From the NCBI GenBank assembly GCA_937901925.1, contig CALGTS010000046.1:6803-70802 (forward strand): a stretch of DNA of 64,000 nucleotides, in the 5' to 3' direction. Position numbers and translations under genes: made by a program. The stretch comes from an uncultured Bacteroidales bacterium (GTDB taxonomy: Bacteria; Bacteroidota; Bacteroidia; Bacteroidales; WCHB1-69). Below are positions 8,354-19,363 of the stretch, one piece after another; position 1 is the first letter of the stretch, and every line of letters begins with the position of its first letter. The notes beneath the pieces are model-generated. The model searched no databases, was not told the origin of the DNA, and saw only the letters and a list, made by a program, of their open reading frames with translations.

Positions 8354-8809
8354 ATGAAAATTGCATTATTTCCGGGTTCATTCGATCCCATAACGTTAGG
8401 ACACGAAAATATTATTCATCGTGCATTACCGCTTTTTGACAAAATTATTATCGGAATCGGCATAAATAGTGAAAAAAAATCACTTTTTCCTATTGAACAT
8501 AGAATTCAATTTATTGAACAATGTTTAGGTAATAATCCCAAGATTGAAATTTGCAGTTATGATGATCTTACTGGCAAATTTTGTCAAAAAAATGGTATTA
8601 AATTTTTGATACGTGGAATTCGTAATTCTATTGATTTTCAATATGAGAATGACATTGCACGTGCCAACAAAGAGATTTTTGGAATAGAAACAATTTTCTT
8701 TGCAACTGATGGAGAATGCGCCCATATCTCCTCATCGCTTGTACGAGAAATATATTGTAACGAAGGTGAATATCAAAGATATATACCAAAAAATGTAATT
8801 TTGCGTTAG
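8354..8809 (+). CDS. coaD: Phosphopantetheine adenylyltransferase
   Basis: 151 aa starting MKIALFPGSFDPITLGHENII, with the T/HxGH nucleotidyltransferase motif. Typical CoaD length, with ISSSLVRE near the C-terminus. Confidence 0.85.
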   Translation: MKIALFPGSFDPITLGHENIIHRALPLFDKIIIGIGINSEKKSLFPIEHRIQFIEQCLGNNPKIEICSYDDLTGKFCQKNGIKFLIRGIRNSIDFQYENDIARANKEIFGIETIFFATDGECAHISSSLVREIYCNEGEYQRYIPKNVILR

Positions 8810-8816
8810 TTTTAGC

Positions 8817-10262
8817 ATGATAAGAGTAATAATTTGTTTTTTTGCAATTACATTTTCTACCCTTTTGTATGGGCAAAAGGAGCGTGAAGTTGTAATTGAA
8901 GGGAAAGCCCCTTTTGCTTCGAACTGCAAAATTCGGATTACTACTTTTAGCGATTACATTACTTGGCAACCGCAAGAAACAGCTGTAGCAAAGATTGACA
9001 AAAACGGAGATTTTAAACTTTCTTTTAAGCTCAAACAGATTTCGTTAGTACAAATCTCAATTTTACGGTCGAAAGCAGAGTTTTTTGCATCGCCAGGATA
9101 CTCCTACAACTTCCAAATTGACATGGACTCGCTTGGACACCAAAGTTTTGACCCAACGCAACAAAATCAGTACTTAAAAATTTCAGCACCTGAAATTGAC
9201 ACAAACGATATCAATCTAAAAATCAATCACTTCAATAATCGATTAGATGAAATTTTAGCTCCTTACGCTTACGATATTATGCGATACAATGATGTAACCG
9301 CATTTGATAGCGTTTGCGCACAAGTTGCCCGAGAATTTCCTGTTCTCTACAATCCCGACAACTACTACCATTCCTACATCTTCTATTCTTTGGCTAACAT
9401 TGAAAGAATAATCTATAAAAAATCTCCTAAAAAAATATATACCAGATATTTAGATAATGACCATATTCTTTATAATAATCCTGCATATATGGATTTTTTT
9501 AATGGATTTTATGATAATTATCTATACAACTCTCCTCGAATTAAGAAAAGTGATTTGGAGCAAAACATCAATATCGAGCCTAATTACAATGCCCTTTTCA
9601 ATGCGGTGGGAAAGGACTTTTTATTAGTCAACGAACGATTGCGTGAATTTGTGATTATCAAGAATTTAGGACAATTTTTAGGGAATGAAGAATTTGATGC
9701 AGGAAACATATTAAAACTTTTGGAACATATTGAAACGACTACACATTTTCCTGATCATAAAATATTTATTTTCAATATTATACAAAAATACAAGAAAGAA
9801 AATTTTCGATTAGAAACTCCTAATTTTACTTTCAAAACTCCTAAAGGAAGCGATTTTAGATTTAGTAAACTGAATGGCAAACCTGTATATGTACAAGTTT
9901 TCCGCACCGATTGTCCAGATTGTATTCGGGAGATGAAACTTATTGAAGAATTGAAGAAAACTTACGATGAAAAAATAGAGTTTGTCAGTATATCTGTTGA
10001 CTATGACATTACAAAGTTTGAAAAATTTCGACTTAGCTATCCCGAATTTGATTGGACTTTTGTCCATTTCAACGACCAATATAGTTGGATGGATTATTTT
10101 GAAATCAACAGTTTGCCTGAGTATTATTTGCTTTCGGAAGATGGGAATATAATGCAACGTTATGCACCTGCACCTACGAAAGGACTTTCACAATATTTGC
10201 AAATGCACTTCTACGAAGAGGAAGATGTTCCTGAAAATCCTATGTTTCAGCAGAGAAATTAA
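8817..10262 (+). CDS. TlpA/ResA-like thioredoxin-fold thiol:disulfide oxidoreductase with a long N-terminal domain
   Basis: 481 aa with a signal peptide. The C-terminal thioredoxin-like module carries a CxxC motif (VYVQVFRTDCPDCIREMKLIEELKKTY...EFVSISVD). Confidence 0.6.
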   Translation: MIRVIICFFAITFSTLLYGQKEREVVIEGKAPFASNCKIRITTFSDYITWQPQETAVAKIDKNGDFKLSFKLKQISLVQISILRSKAEFFASPGYSYNFQIDMDSLGHQSFDPTQQNQYLKISAPEIDTNDINLKINHFNNRLDEILAPYAYDIMRYNDVTAFDSVCAQVAREFPVLYNPDNYYHSYIFYSLANIERIIYKKSPKKIYTRYLDNDHILYNNPAYMDFFNGFYDNYLYNSPRIKKSDLEQNINIEPNYNALFNAVGKDFLLVNERLREFVIIKNLGQFLGNEEFDAGNILKLLEHIETTTHFPDHKIFIFNIIQKYKKENFRLETPNFTFKTPKGSDFRFSKLNGKPVYVQVFRTDCPDCIREMKLIEELKKTYDEKIEFVSISVDYDITKFEKFRLSYPEFDWTFVHFNDQYSWMDYFEINSLPEYYLLSEDGNIMQRYAPAPTKGLSQYLQMHFYEEEDVPENPMFQQRN

Positions 10263-12586
10263 AAACCGCGTTGCGTTCTTGAAGTAGCAGGAATTACTGC
10301 GCTTCGGGGACGAATATTTGCACCCGAGGAGGATGGTTTTGCCGAAATTTTCTTGTAATTAGTGGTGGTTGAAGATTTCGTCTCATTACTTTTAGTTGTA
10401 GGTGGTGCTTTCGCAGTCGATTTTGGAGAAGCATTTGTACTTGGTGTTACAGTAGATTTCGGTGCCGACTTGGTCGCATCTCGATCTGCCCTTTCTTCTG
10501 CATAATCATAATCAGAATAATTATCTCTTTTATAATTAGTTAAAGAATTTACGCGACTAATTTTAGAAGAGAGATTGTGTCCGCCCGTAGTCAAAAAGTC
10601 ATTAAAGGTGATGATTACAGAAGGAGTTTTCAAATATGGCGCCGAAGATGACGCCAAACTATTAACAAAGAAGTTTTTCACATCATTCAGATCAACCCCC
10701 AATAGGTCAAGGTTATTTTTTCCAATCCTATTTAGCAAAAGTCGCATCTGTTTTCCCTTTTGGGCAAGGATATATTTTTCACGGGAATTAATGGTGCACC
10801 CTCTTGGATAGGAGAGGAATTTCGCCATAAAGAGAAAATCCTCTTCAGAGAGTTGATTTAACAATGAACGAGCGCGGTAGATTTCGTTATATAATTCATT
10901 ACTAGCATTTTGTTTTACTTGTTGATGAATTTTTTCACGATGTTCTGTAGAATAAATAAAGTTCTGTTCTGCTTCGTTTTTTGTCAACTGCTTTTCAATC
11001 TCATCAAAAATAAACGCTTTATAATTTCTATTTATAACAGAATCCACAACTTGCGACAAATGTTCAGTTGGAAAATCTTTGATAATATGTAGAAGATTTT
11101 GAGTAGGTTTCAGTAATAGAAATGGTTTATTTTTGGGGAATGAGCTGTTCAAATTTCCAGAATAGGTTATCCCATTATCTATAAACAGCTGATACAAAGC
11201 AGTATATTGCACAACTCTTGCCAAATCAGTATTTCCACATGTTGCAAAATATGAGTATGCTTTTCGCTCGTAATTTCGTCCTATCGACCTACCACTTTCT
11301 GGCGAATTAAAGTAGGAAACTGGAAGAGAGCCCGTTCTATTCAATGTATAAATTGTAACATCTTCTAAATCAATTGCATACATCACATTAGCTGTATTCC
11401 AATTGTAAACTAGTTCAGAAATCCCTAACTTTTTAAACAACGGTTGGTCAAACGGATAATAACCTGGTGAGGGATAGCGATAATTATATTCCTGAATCGT
11501 ACCACTTTCGGACCAATCTTTCAAAAGAATATCAGTAATTGTCATCAGATGACCAAACTCTGTATTCTCCAATTCTTTGCTCAAATATGTTGGGCACCAA
11601 TCGCGTCCGTTTTTCATTTTACCAGCCATAAAATCATTAACATCAAGACTTTGAGAAAGTTCCTTTTCAGAAACTGAAGCTAATAGAAGGATTGATTCAA
11701 CATAAAGCGGAGGTAGTTCTTGTAATGATGCTTCCCGTTCGCGACCAACAATTACCAACGTTGATGAATCTGCTAATGCGCCTAAAATCAGGTCAGCATC
11801 CAACACAAAACGACGAATATTTGAGAGCGTACTATCCAAATCGGTATTTTTAGGCATACTCCACGCCACAAATCCAGGTAATTGACTGAAGAAAACCCCA
11901 TAATTTTTATGGTTAAGAATCTCCTCAATAGAAAATGTTGTAGAAGTATCTTTCAACGACATAAATTGTTCGTCCTCTTCTAAAAACCACTCATTAAATT
12001 CAAATAGACTGATCTGATAATCAATATTTTTCTTTGTAAAATAGACTCTTTCAGCGGTAACAGGAAGTTCAATAAAAAATGGTTTATAATCGGAAAGAAA
12101 AAGTGATGTCGATAACTTTTTCACTAAATTTATAACATTTTCTTGGGTTGCATTTGCCAAAGAGATTACTGCATCAACAGCATATCCATCGTAACCCATT
12201 TTATGTTTGTAGGTTGAAACCTCATGAGTAAATTGGGCAAAGATAGATTTCAGGGAATCAAGGAGAAAATAGGGCGGTGGTTCCGAGATGAGAATCATCT
12301 TACTACTATCTGGGAAAGATGCAACCCCAATTGTTTGATAATGAAACCGAAATTTTGTTCTAAAATCCTGATAGATAGAATCTCTTGCAGAGACAACCAT
12401 CCTTGATTCTATCGTTAGATTTTGGTTTGGAATATATTCCTGTTTTTGGATTTCCGCAACTTTCCTCTTCACGGTTTCCACAGCCTCATCATTTGTAAAA
12501 AAGAAGAGAACACCCATTCCCAATAGTAAAATAGGAAGTAGAATTAGAAGACCTTTTTTATGCCAACTCATTTTGTAAACTATCAA
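10259..12586 (-). CDS. Hypothetical membrane-anchored protein with a K/S/T/P-rich disordered C-terminal tail
   Basis: A 775-aa ORF with an N-terminal TM (GLLILLPILLLGMGVLFFF) and a large domain with no motif I recognise. The tail reads SAPKSTVTPSTNASPKSTAKAPPTTKSNETKSSTTT. The start may instead be the ATG at 12571. It overlaps the aroB stop. Confidence 0.5.
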   Translation of the reverse strand: MIVYKMSWHKKGLLILLPILLLGMGVLFFFTNDEAVETVKRKVAEIQKQEYIPNQNLTIESRMVVSARDSIYQDFRTKFRFHYQTIGVASFPDSSKMILISEPPPYFLLDSLKSIFAQFTHEVSTYKHKMGYDGYAVDAVISLANATQENVINLVKKLSTSLFLSDYKPFFIELPVTAERVYFTKKNIDYQISLFEFNEWFLEEDEQFMSLKDTSTTFSIEEILNHKNYGVFFSQLPGFVAWSMPKNTDLDSTLSNIRRFVLDADLILGALADSSTLVIVGREREASLQELPPLYVESILLLASVSEKELSQSLDVNDFMAGKMKNGRDWCPTYLSKELENTEFGHLMTITDILLKDWSESGTIQEYNYRYPSPGYYPFDQPLFKKLGISELVYNWNTANVMYAIDLEDVTIYTLNRTGSLPVSYFNSPESGRSIGRNYERKAYSYFATCGNTDLARVVQYTALYQLFIDNGITYSGNLNSSFPKNKPFLLLKPTQNLLHIIKDFPTEHLSQVVDSVINRNYKAFIFDEIEKQLTKNEAEQNFIYSTEHREKIHQQVKQNASNELYNEIYRARSLLNQLSEEDFLFMAKFLSYPRGCTINSREKYILAQKGKQMRLLLNRIGKNNLDLLGVDLNDVKNFFVNSLASSSAPYLKTPSVIITFNDFLTTGGHNLSSKISRVNSLTNYKRDNYSDYDYAEERADRDATKSAPKSTVTPSTNASPKSTAKAPPTTKSNETKSSTTTNYKKISAKPSSSGANIRPRSAVIPATSRTQRGF

Positions 12587-13559
12587 TATTCACTTCACAA
12601 TGCAACTTTGCACTACCAATTTTTTCTAACAGCACAAATAAAACTTTTCCGTTTCTGTTTTTCTTATCCTGCTTACAAAATGGCATCACTTCACTTCGTT
12701 TACACTTCGGATCTCCATAAAGTCTTCTAACCACCTTTCTAATCTCTTCAAAATCAGAATTATTTATCAATCCATTTCGATATGAAATTTCTGCAGCATC
12801 AACAATTCCGTATGCAACGCAAAAACCATGAGGAAGAGGCTGATTTTTAGATAGGAAGTAAGATTCGTACGCGTGCCCCATCGTATGTCCAAAATTCAAC
12901 AAATGGCGCAATCCTGTATCATTTAAATCTTGAGCTACAATTTTCTGTTTAAAATCAACAGCAAAATCTATCCACTCCTTACGAATTGAATCAACATTCA
13001 CATTTTCGAGATTTTTCATCTCATTCCAAAGTGGGGCATTAGCAATCAAGGCACATTTTAAAATCTCGGCGAACCCGTTTAGTAATTGTTGCTGCGATAA
13101 TGAAGAGAGAAAACGCTCATCTCGCCACACTTCTTGAGGCATTGAAATTGTTCCGACAGCATTTTTCAAATCGCCCAAATTAATTCCATTTTTTCCACCA
13201 TAAGCTGCATCAGCCATTGCCAACAATGTAGTAGGCACATTGATACAAGGAATTCCACGTTTATAGGTTGCTGCAACGAAACCTCCTATATCACAAATAG
13301 TTCCGCCACCAACATTAAGTACTAAATCATCTTTAGAGAAACTATTTTCTAATAAAAATTGCCAAATCTTTGTTACCTCATCAATAGATTTACTACTTTC
13401 AGAACCGCAAATAACGTAGTAATAACAGATAAAATAGGGGGATTGAAAATCTAATTTTGAAGCATACAACGAACTCACTTGACTATCGATAATAACAAGC
13501 ACTTTTTTTGTCGCTGTACGCTGACAATATTCCAATAATCTAACTTTTATTGTTTTCAA
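12558..13559 (-). CDS. aroB: 3-dehydroquinate synthase
   Basis: 333 aa with GGGTICDIGGFVAATYKRGIPCINVPTTLLAMADAAYGGKNGINL and LNFGHTMGHAYE, which are the DHQS nucleotide and metal motifs. Confidence 0.8.
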   Translation of the reverse strand: MKTIKVRLLEYCQRTATKKVLVIIDSQVSSLYASKLDFQSPYFICYYYVICGSESSKSIDEVTKIWQFLLENSFSKDDLVLNVGGGTICDIGGFVAATYKRGIPCINVPTTLLAMADAAYGGKNGINLGDLKNAVGTISMPQEVWRDERFLSSLSQQQLLNGFAEILKCALIANAPLWNEMKNLENVNVDSIRKEWIDFAVDFKQKIVAQDLNDTGLRHLLNFGHTMGHAYESYFLSKNQPLPHGFCVAYGIVDAAEISYRNGLINNSDFEEIRKVVRRLYGDPKCKRSEVMPFCKQDKKNRNGKVLFVLLEKIGSAKLHCEVNIDSLQNELA

Positions 13560-13561
13560 AA

Positions 13562-14917
13562 TTATGCCAAATAATCGACTAAATTATCGAACATCACTTT
13601 TGTCTGTTCACCTGATTGCATGTTTTTGACAGTAAAACAGTTTTCATTCATTTCATTTTCACCTGCCATAACCACAAATGGTATTGAGCGAGCATTTGCA
13701 TAATTCATCTGTTTTCCAATTTTAGCTTTATCGGGGAAGAGTTCTACCACAATTCCTGCATTTCTCAAATTTTGCAAAGCTTTCAATGCATATTTTTCTT
13801 CTTCTGAACCGAAATTCAAGAAAATTGCGCGCACTGGTGAGCCGATTCCTTCTGGAAAAAGATTTAATTCTTCCAACACATCATAAATTCTTTCTGCACC
13901 GTATGAGATTCCCACACCAGAAGTGTCCTTCAAGCCAAAAATCCCTGTTAGATCATCATAACGACCTCCACCAGAAATACTTCCAATGCCCACATCGTTA
14001 GCTTTTACTTCAAAAATTGCACCCGTATAATAGTTCAAACCTCTTGCCAAAGTGATATCTACCTCAACTGCAGAGTTAATATTCATCAATGAAACATACT
14101 CCAACACTTTTTCCAATTCTGCAACGCCTTTCAAGCCAATTTCATTTCCCTCAAAATAGGTTTTCAAGAATGCTAATTTTTCAGTATTCGTTCCTTTAAA
14201 ATCAAAGAATGGCTCAATTTTTACGATTGCATCATCATTAATCCCTCTCTCCAGCAACTCTTTACAAACATTTTCTTTTCCAATCTTATCCAATTTATCT
14301 ATCGCCGTACAGATATCTACAATTTTATCGGGCATTCCGATGGCTTCTGCAATTCCAGATAAGATTTTTCTATTATTGATTTTAATAGTAACATTGATCT
14401 TCAAATTTGTAAAAATTTCATCTGTAATCTGAATCAATTCAGCTTCATTCAACAACGAATTAGTTCCTATTACATCTACATCACATTGATAGAACTCACG
14501 ATAGCGACCTTTCTGAGGTCTATCAGCTCGCCACACAGGCTGCATCTGGTATCGTTTAAAAGGGAAAGCTAAGTCATTTCGGTGCTGTACTACAAAACGT
14601 GCAAAAGGCACTGTCAAGTCGTAGCGTAATCCTTTTTCACATATTTTAGATGCCAACTGGGTCGAGTTTAGTGATTCAAAATCTACATTTTGTTTAAAAT
14701 CACCTGAATTAAGCACTTTGAATAACAATCTATCACCTTCCTCACCATATTTACCCATAAGAGTAGATAGGTTTTCCATAGAAGGAGTTTCGATAGGCAA
14801 GAAAGCATACTTTTCGAACACCTTACGGATTGTTGAGAAAATATAGTTACGGCGCATCATTTCTATAGGGGTAAAATCGCGCGTCCCCTTTGGAATAGTA
14901 GGTTTTACAGTACTCAT
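13562..14917 (-). CDS. hisS: Histidine--tRNA ligase
   Basis: 451 aa with [36 protein letters not shown] and GGGRYDDL, which are class II HisRS motifs. Confidence 0.9.
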   Translation of the reverse strand: MSTVKPTIPKGTRDFTPIEMMRRNYIFSTIRKVFEKYAFLPIETPSMENLSTLMGKYGEEGDRLLFKVLNSGDFKQNVDFESLNSTQLASKICEKGLRYDLTVPFARFVVQHRNDLAFPFKRYQMQPVWRADRPQKGRYREFYQCDVDVIGTNSLLNEAELIQITDEIFTNLKINVTIKINNRKILSGIAEAIGMPDKIVDICTAIDKLDKIGKENVCKELLERGINDDAIVKIEPFFDFKGTNTEKLAFLKTYFEGNEIGLKGVAELEKVLEYVSLMNINSAVEVDITLARGLNYYTGAIFEVKANDVGIGSISGGGRYDDLTGIFGLKDTSGVGISYGAERIYDVLEELNLFPEGIGSPVRAIFLNFGSEEEKYALKALQNLRNAGIVVELFPDKAKIGKQMNYANARSIPFVVMAGENEMNENCFTVKNMQSGEQTKVMFDNLVDYLA

Positions 14918-14926
14918 TATATAAAT

Positions 14927-16111
14927 TTAAAATTTTTCTAATTGAATTTTTACATCGCTAAGGACATTCATATAATTTATAAATGCCTGATATGGCGATG
15001 AATAAATATCAAAACGCATTTTTACTGAAGTTTTGGGGAACCATTGTGTCCCCATAAAATTGAAATGTATAGCATCTTGCAATCTCACCCACGCCAACTT
15101 AGCCATTTCATTTTCTGATTGATGATAAAGAGGTTCTATCTTAAAAAGCTGCTGGAACGCTTCTTGTTGCAACTCATTTCCGACCCATTCACTAGTATCC
15201 TTTTCATCGCCAGAGTTAGAGATTGGCCACGGAATCAGCAGTGTTGAGGTTTGAGTATCCTCATGCAAAAGATCTTCTGGTTTTACAAACTGGAACTCTG
15301 ATGATTCTGCGACTTGTTGGCACAAAGCAGAAAAGAAATCAAAAATACCTGATTCTTTTGTATGGATATCACCCAAAACATCATAATCAAAATATAGGTT
15401 AATATAAGGCGATGATTCTGGAATATCTTTCAGGAAAGAGAGAGATTTTTCAGCGGTAAGCGGGAAATGGCACCAACTTCTATCTTCAAAACGGAAAGTA
15501 ATATCATCGCACAAGGAAGCGGATCGCAACATCAGTTTTTCATCAACTTGATAGGGATTGCAATATAAATAGGTTGGGCTTTTCCAGCCTAAAATGTGGC
15601 GTGCACCTTCTGTTAACACCACTCGATAACCCATATCATATAACCATTCTCCAATTTCGTCCGAGTAGATAGCTTCCGTGTTAAAGAATGTAACTGGCTT
15701 TACACCAAATGTTTCCATTATCAGCTTTTCCTGCATACGGACTTGTTCTTCAAACGAAGCTCTACTATTCAAGCAAGCCAAACTATGCGTAAAGGTAGTT
15801 CCTGTAATTTCTACTCTTCCTGTTTTTACTAATTTTTGGAGTCCTTCTAAAACATCTGGTGCATACTCCTTAAATTGTGAAATAGCACTTTCAGACAGGC
15901 AAAAACTGAAAGCAACCTGGTCATTGAAACGCTCTATCAAATCAAGAAGTAACGCATTTGCTGGGCGATAACAACGTTCTGAGAGCCTGTTGGTTAAGTA
16001 GCGATTCTGATAATCATCAAAGTAATCACTTCGCTGATTAATATCAAAAAAACGATATGTTCTTAATAAGTAAGGTTGATTAATCTGAAAATGGATACAA
16101 ATTTTGCGCAT
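14927..16111 (-). CDS. Glycoside hydrolase family 57 (alpha-amylase/4-alpha-glucanotransferase-like)
   Basis: The N-terminus ICIHFQINQPYLLRTYRFFDI...YFDDYQN...CYRPANALLLDLIERF...FSFCLSESAISQFKEYAPDVLEGLQKLVKTGRVEITGTTFTHSL follows the GH57 pattern. The start is moved to the ATG at 16111 (MRKICIHF), which removes the overlap with the upstream GT4 gene. Confidence 0.75.
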   Translation of the reverse strand: MRKICIHFQINQPYLLRTYRFFDINQRSDYFDDYQNRYLTNRLSERCYRPANALLLDLIERFNDQVAFSFCLSESAISQFKEYAPDVLEGLQKLVKTGRVEITGTTFTHSLACLNSRASFEEQVRMQEKLIMETFGVKPVTFFNTEAIYSDEIGEWLYDMGYRVVLTEGARHILGWKSPTYLYCNPYQVDEKLMLRSASLCDDITFRFEDRSWCHFPLTAEKSLSFLKDIPESSPYINLYFDYDVLGDIHTKESGIFDFFSALCQQVAESSEFQFVKPEDLLHEDTQTSTLLIPWPISNSGDEKDTSEWVGNELQQEAFQQLFKIEPLYHQSENEMAKLAWVRLQDAIHFNFMGTQWFPKTSVKMRFDIYSSPYQAFINYMNVLSDVKIQLEKF

Positions 16112-16122
16112 AATCGTTGAAT

Positions 16123-17406
16123 TTATTTGTCCAACACCCATTGATAGATGTTTTTTAATTTTTGTGCTACTGATTCCCACTTTAAATTATCGACATCCTC
16201 TTTTCCTTTACGGGCAAAGAATTGTGCCAAAGCAGGATATTGAAGAATTCCGTAAATTGCATCTGCCATAGCATTTACATCCCAAAAATCTACTTTTATA
16301 GCGTGGGTAAGTACTTCCGCAACGCCAGACTGTTTTGATATCACTACTGGAACGTGAGCTCTCATTGCCTCCAATGGGGAGATTCCGAAAGGCTCTGATA
16401 TAGATGGCATAACATACACATCACTCATTACAAACATCTTATCGACATCTGTTCCACGTAGAAATCCTGTAAAATGGAAACGATCAGAGATTCCTAGTTC
16501 GGCAACTCGTTTGATAACCTGAGGCATCATATCCCCATCTCCAGCCAGAACAAATCTTACATTTGGATCTTTTTCCAACACTAATTTTGCACTTTCCACA
16601 AAATATTCTGGACCTTTTTGAAAGGTAACTCTTCCCAGGAAGGTAACAATCTTCTCTTTAACAAATTTCTCTTTGACAAATTCTTTGTCATTAGGTTCCA
16701 CTGCATTATGTAATGTAAAAACCTTCTCAGCCGAAATACCATATTTTTCTGTTACAATACGTCGGGTTAAATCGCTAACTGCGCATACAGCATCAGCAGA
16801 CTCCATTCCAAATCGTTCAAGTCCCATTACAATATCGTTTCGGTTATTTTCACCAGAACGATCAAATTCTGTAGCATGAATATGAACCACCAAAGGTTTT
16901 CCACTTACACGTTTTGCAGCCACACCTGCTTTATAAGTAAGCCAATCGTGTGCATGAATAATATCGAAATCGTTATGGCGTGCAATTTCTGCTGCTACAA
17001 TAGCATACTGTTCTACCTCACGCATCAAATCTTCACCATATTTCCCAGAAAACTCATATTTTCGTTTTCCATCTGCAATTTCAGCTTCAAATACACCGCT
17101 TTCTATTTGATTTACAATCTGATAATATTCATTCATGCCGACATAAGGCACCATTTGTGAATTCACTTGAATGAAAGAAACTGTATCTTCAAAAGATTGC
17201 AGATGAACATAACGAGGATCGACTTCCACATCGTGGGCACTAATAATTTTAACGTATGATTGGTCCTCTTCTGAGGAAGCTTTCGGCATTACAAAAAGGA
17301 CTTCTACATCATTTTTTGCCAACCCTTTTGTCAACCCATAACAAGCGGTTCCCAAACCTCCTGCAATTTTCGGGGGAAATTCCCAACCAAACATTAAAAC
17401 TTTCAT
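16123..17406 (-). CDS. Glycosyltransferase family 4 (putative alpha-glucan/glycogen synthase)
   Basis: 427 aa starting MKVLMFGWEFPPKIAGGLGTACYGL, with a GT-B C-terminal EPFGISPLEAM motif. It sits between the GH133 and GH57 genes. Confidence 0.7.
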   Translation of the reverse strand: MKVLMFGWEFPPKIAGGLGTACYGLTKGLAKNDVEVLFVMPKASSEEDQSYVKIISAHDVEVDPRYVHLQSFEDTVSFIQVNSQMVPYVGMNEYYQIVNQIESGVFEAEIADGKRKYEFSGKYGEDLMREVEQYAIVAAEIARHNDFDIIHAHDWLTYKAGVAAKRVSGKPLVVHIHATEFDRSGENNRNDIVMGLERFGMESADAVCAVSDLTRRIVTEKYGISAEKVFTLHNAVEPNDKEFVKEKFVKEKIVTFLGRVTFQKGPEYFVESAKLVLEKDPNVRFVLAGDGDMMPQVIKRVAELGISDRFHFTGFLRGTDVDKMFVMSDVYVMPSISEPFGISPLEAMRAHVPVVISKQSGVAEVLTHAIKVDFWDVNAMADAIYGILQYPALAQFFARKGKEDVDNLKWESVAQKLKNIYQWVLDK

Positions 17407-17418
17407 ACCTATTTTTTA

Positions 17419-19362
17419 TCAGTAAATATTATTTTCCATAACTGCCTTAATATGTAACAATGCAGCAACGCTCCAAGCCTGTGAAATACAACCATTTGCA
17501 CTATAAGGAGGATTTCCATCTGTAATCTCACTTATTGTTGATATTCCATATTCTGTCATACAAGAATCGAATCGATAAAGAATATTTTCCAATAGTGCCA
17601 ATGATTTTTTCCCATAAACAGCCATCATACCATCAGCAAAAGGTGCCAACAGCCACGGCCAAGCGGTTCCTTGATGGTAAGCAGCATCACGCTCAGCCTG
17701 AGTTCCCTCATATTTTCCACGATAATCTGAATCATTAGGAGAAAGCGTTCTAATTCCTTTCTCAACCAATAACTCTTCACACACTTTTTTTAACACCAAC
17801 TGCCTAATTTTCTCACTAATAGGAGTATATGGTAATGACACTGCAATCATCATATTGGGGCGCACCTGAAAATTCCGATAATCACCATCTACATAATCCG
17901 CCAAATAACCTATCTCTTTAGACCAGAACGTTTCTTTGAATACAACAGGAAAGTTTTTAACCAAAGAACTCCATTCTTGGATAAATGTTTCATCATTGTC
18001 AAGTTGAGCCACTTCCAATGAGAATTGCAACGCATTATACCACAATGCATTAATCTCTACTTGACAACCTGTACGTGGTGTAACAGGTTTTCCATCTACA
18101 ACAGCGTCCATCCAGGTCAGCGCAAGATTAGGAGTTCCCGCATAGATAAGCCCACTCTCTAACATTTTGATATTATATAGCGTTCCTTTCTTGTACAGAT
18201 TTAGAATTTGTTTAATTTTTTCTCCATATTCTGCCCAAATTTTACGCTTAGAATGAGTATAATTTGCATATTGCTGCAGTGCACGCACAAACCACAGTGG
18301 CGCATCGACCGAATTGTACGCTGCAGTTTCTCCCTGACCGATATTCGGGAATAGTCCATTTTGCATCTCACCTAACATATCATCTAAAATCTGCTTACAC
18401 AATTCAGGTTTATGGAGTGCTAAGGTAAGACCAGGAAGTGCAATAAAGGTGTCTCTTCCCCATCTTCCAAACCAAGGATAACCTGCTATGATATAACTCT
18501 TTCCATTACGATTAACAATAAACTGCTCAGCTGCATTTTTCAAACAATTAAAGTAGGAAGAGCGGTGTGTTTTCTCTTGTTTTTCCTTTTCAAAAACTGT
18601 CGCTATTTGTTGGGGATCCATCGGCGTTGTTCCAATAGAAACATACAACTCTTTCTCCTTCATCGATACAAAAAGTGTTCCTGGATTGTATAAATCTTCG
18701 TAACCCTCATAACCCCGTTTTAACTCTTCCTCATACTCAAAATCATAATACCAATCTGGTGTATGCTGATATGCTGGCGTGAGACTAGTTTGAACACATA
18801 ACGTTGTAAATTGCTCATACATACGATATTGCACACCACTATCTAATAGTGTATAATCTGTATTAGCAACTGAATTAGCGTGTGTTAACTGATGAATCTG
18901 CCGAAAAGCCAAAAGAGGTCGAAAGAGCATTGTAGCTGTTTCAAAATCATCAATAAATGAGTATTTTATAATTAATCGATCCTCATGAGAGAGAAATAAA
19001 AACTCTTTTGTAAAGTTAAATTTTCCCACTCTATAATAATATGTTGGCAGATTATCACAAACAAATTTCTGTAGGTACTTATGTCCTTTCGGACTGATTA
19101 CGCCTCCTTTGTATTGATTCACACCAATATGAAACTCCATATCATTGACAACAAGCGTTTCATTTAAGTTCGAGAGGAGCAGATAACGTTCTCCATCCAA
19201 TTGGTCCTGCGGCACAATAAAAAGGCCGTGATACTTTCGTGTATTCATTCCCAACAATGTTGTGGTCGCGAAAGAGCCTGTACGGCTGCAGCGTAAAATT
19301 TCCCTTGATTTCGAGTAATTTACGTTTACCAATTTTTCCTTATCAAATTCGATATAGCTCAT
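17419..19362 (-). CDS. Glycogen debranching enzyme, amylo-alpha-1,6-glucosidase type (GH133-like)
   Basis: The N-terminal GDE domain reads TTLLGMNTRKYHGLF. The C-terminal (alpha/alpha)6 glucosidase-like region reads GYPWFGRWGRDTFIALPGLTL...QGTAWPWLLAPF. The start is set at ATG 19362 (MSYIEFDK), 1 nt after the galE stop. Confidence 0.75.
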   Translation of the reverse strand: MSYIEFDKEKLVNVNYSKSREILRCSRTGSFATTTLLGMNTRKYHGLFIVPQDQLDGERYLLLSNLNETLVVNDMEFHIGVNQYKGGVISPKGHKYLQKFVCDNLPTYYYRVGKFNFTKEFLFLSHEDRLIIKYSFIDDFETATMLFRPLLAFRQIHQLTHANSVANTDYTLLDSGVQYRMYEQFTTLCVQTSLTPAYQHTPDWYYDFEYEEELKRGYEGYEDLYNPGTLFVSMKEKELYVSIGTTPMDPQQIATVFEKEKQEKTHRSSYFNCLKNAAEQFIVNRNGKSYIIAGYPWFGRWGRDTFIALPGLTLALHKPELCKQILDDMLGEMQNGLFPNIGQGETAAYNSVDAPLWFVRALQQYANYTHSKRKIWAEYGEKIKQILNLYKKGTLYNIKMLESGLIYAGTPNLALTWMDAVVDGKPVTPRTGCQVEINALWYNALQFSLEVAQLDNDETFIQEWSSLVKNFPVVFKETFWSKEIGYLADYVDGDYRNFQVRPNMMIAVSLPYTPISEKIRQLVLKKVCEELLVEKGIRTLSPNDSDYRGKYEGTQAERDAAYHQGTAWPWLLAPFADGMMAVYGKKSLALLENILYRFDSCMTEYGISTISEITDGNPPYSANGCISQAWSVAALLHIKAVMENNIY

Positions 19363-19363
19363 T

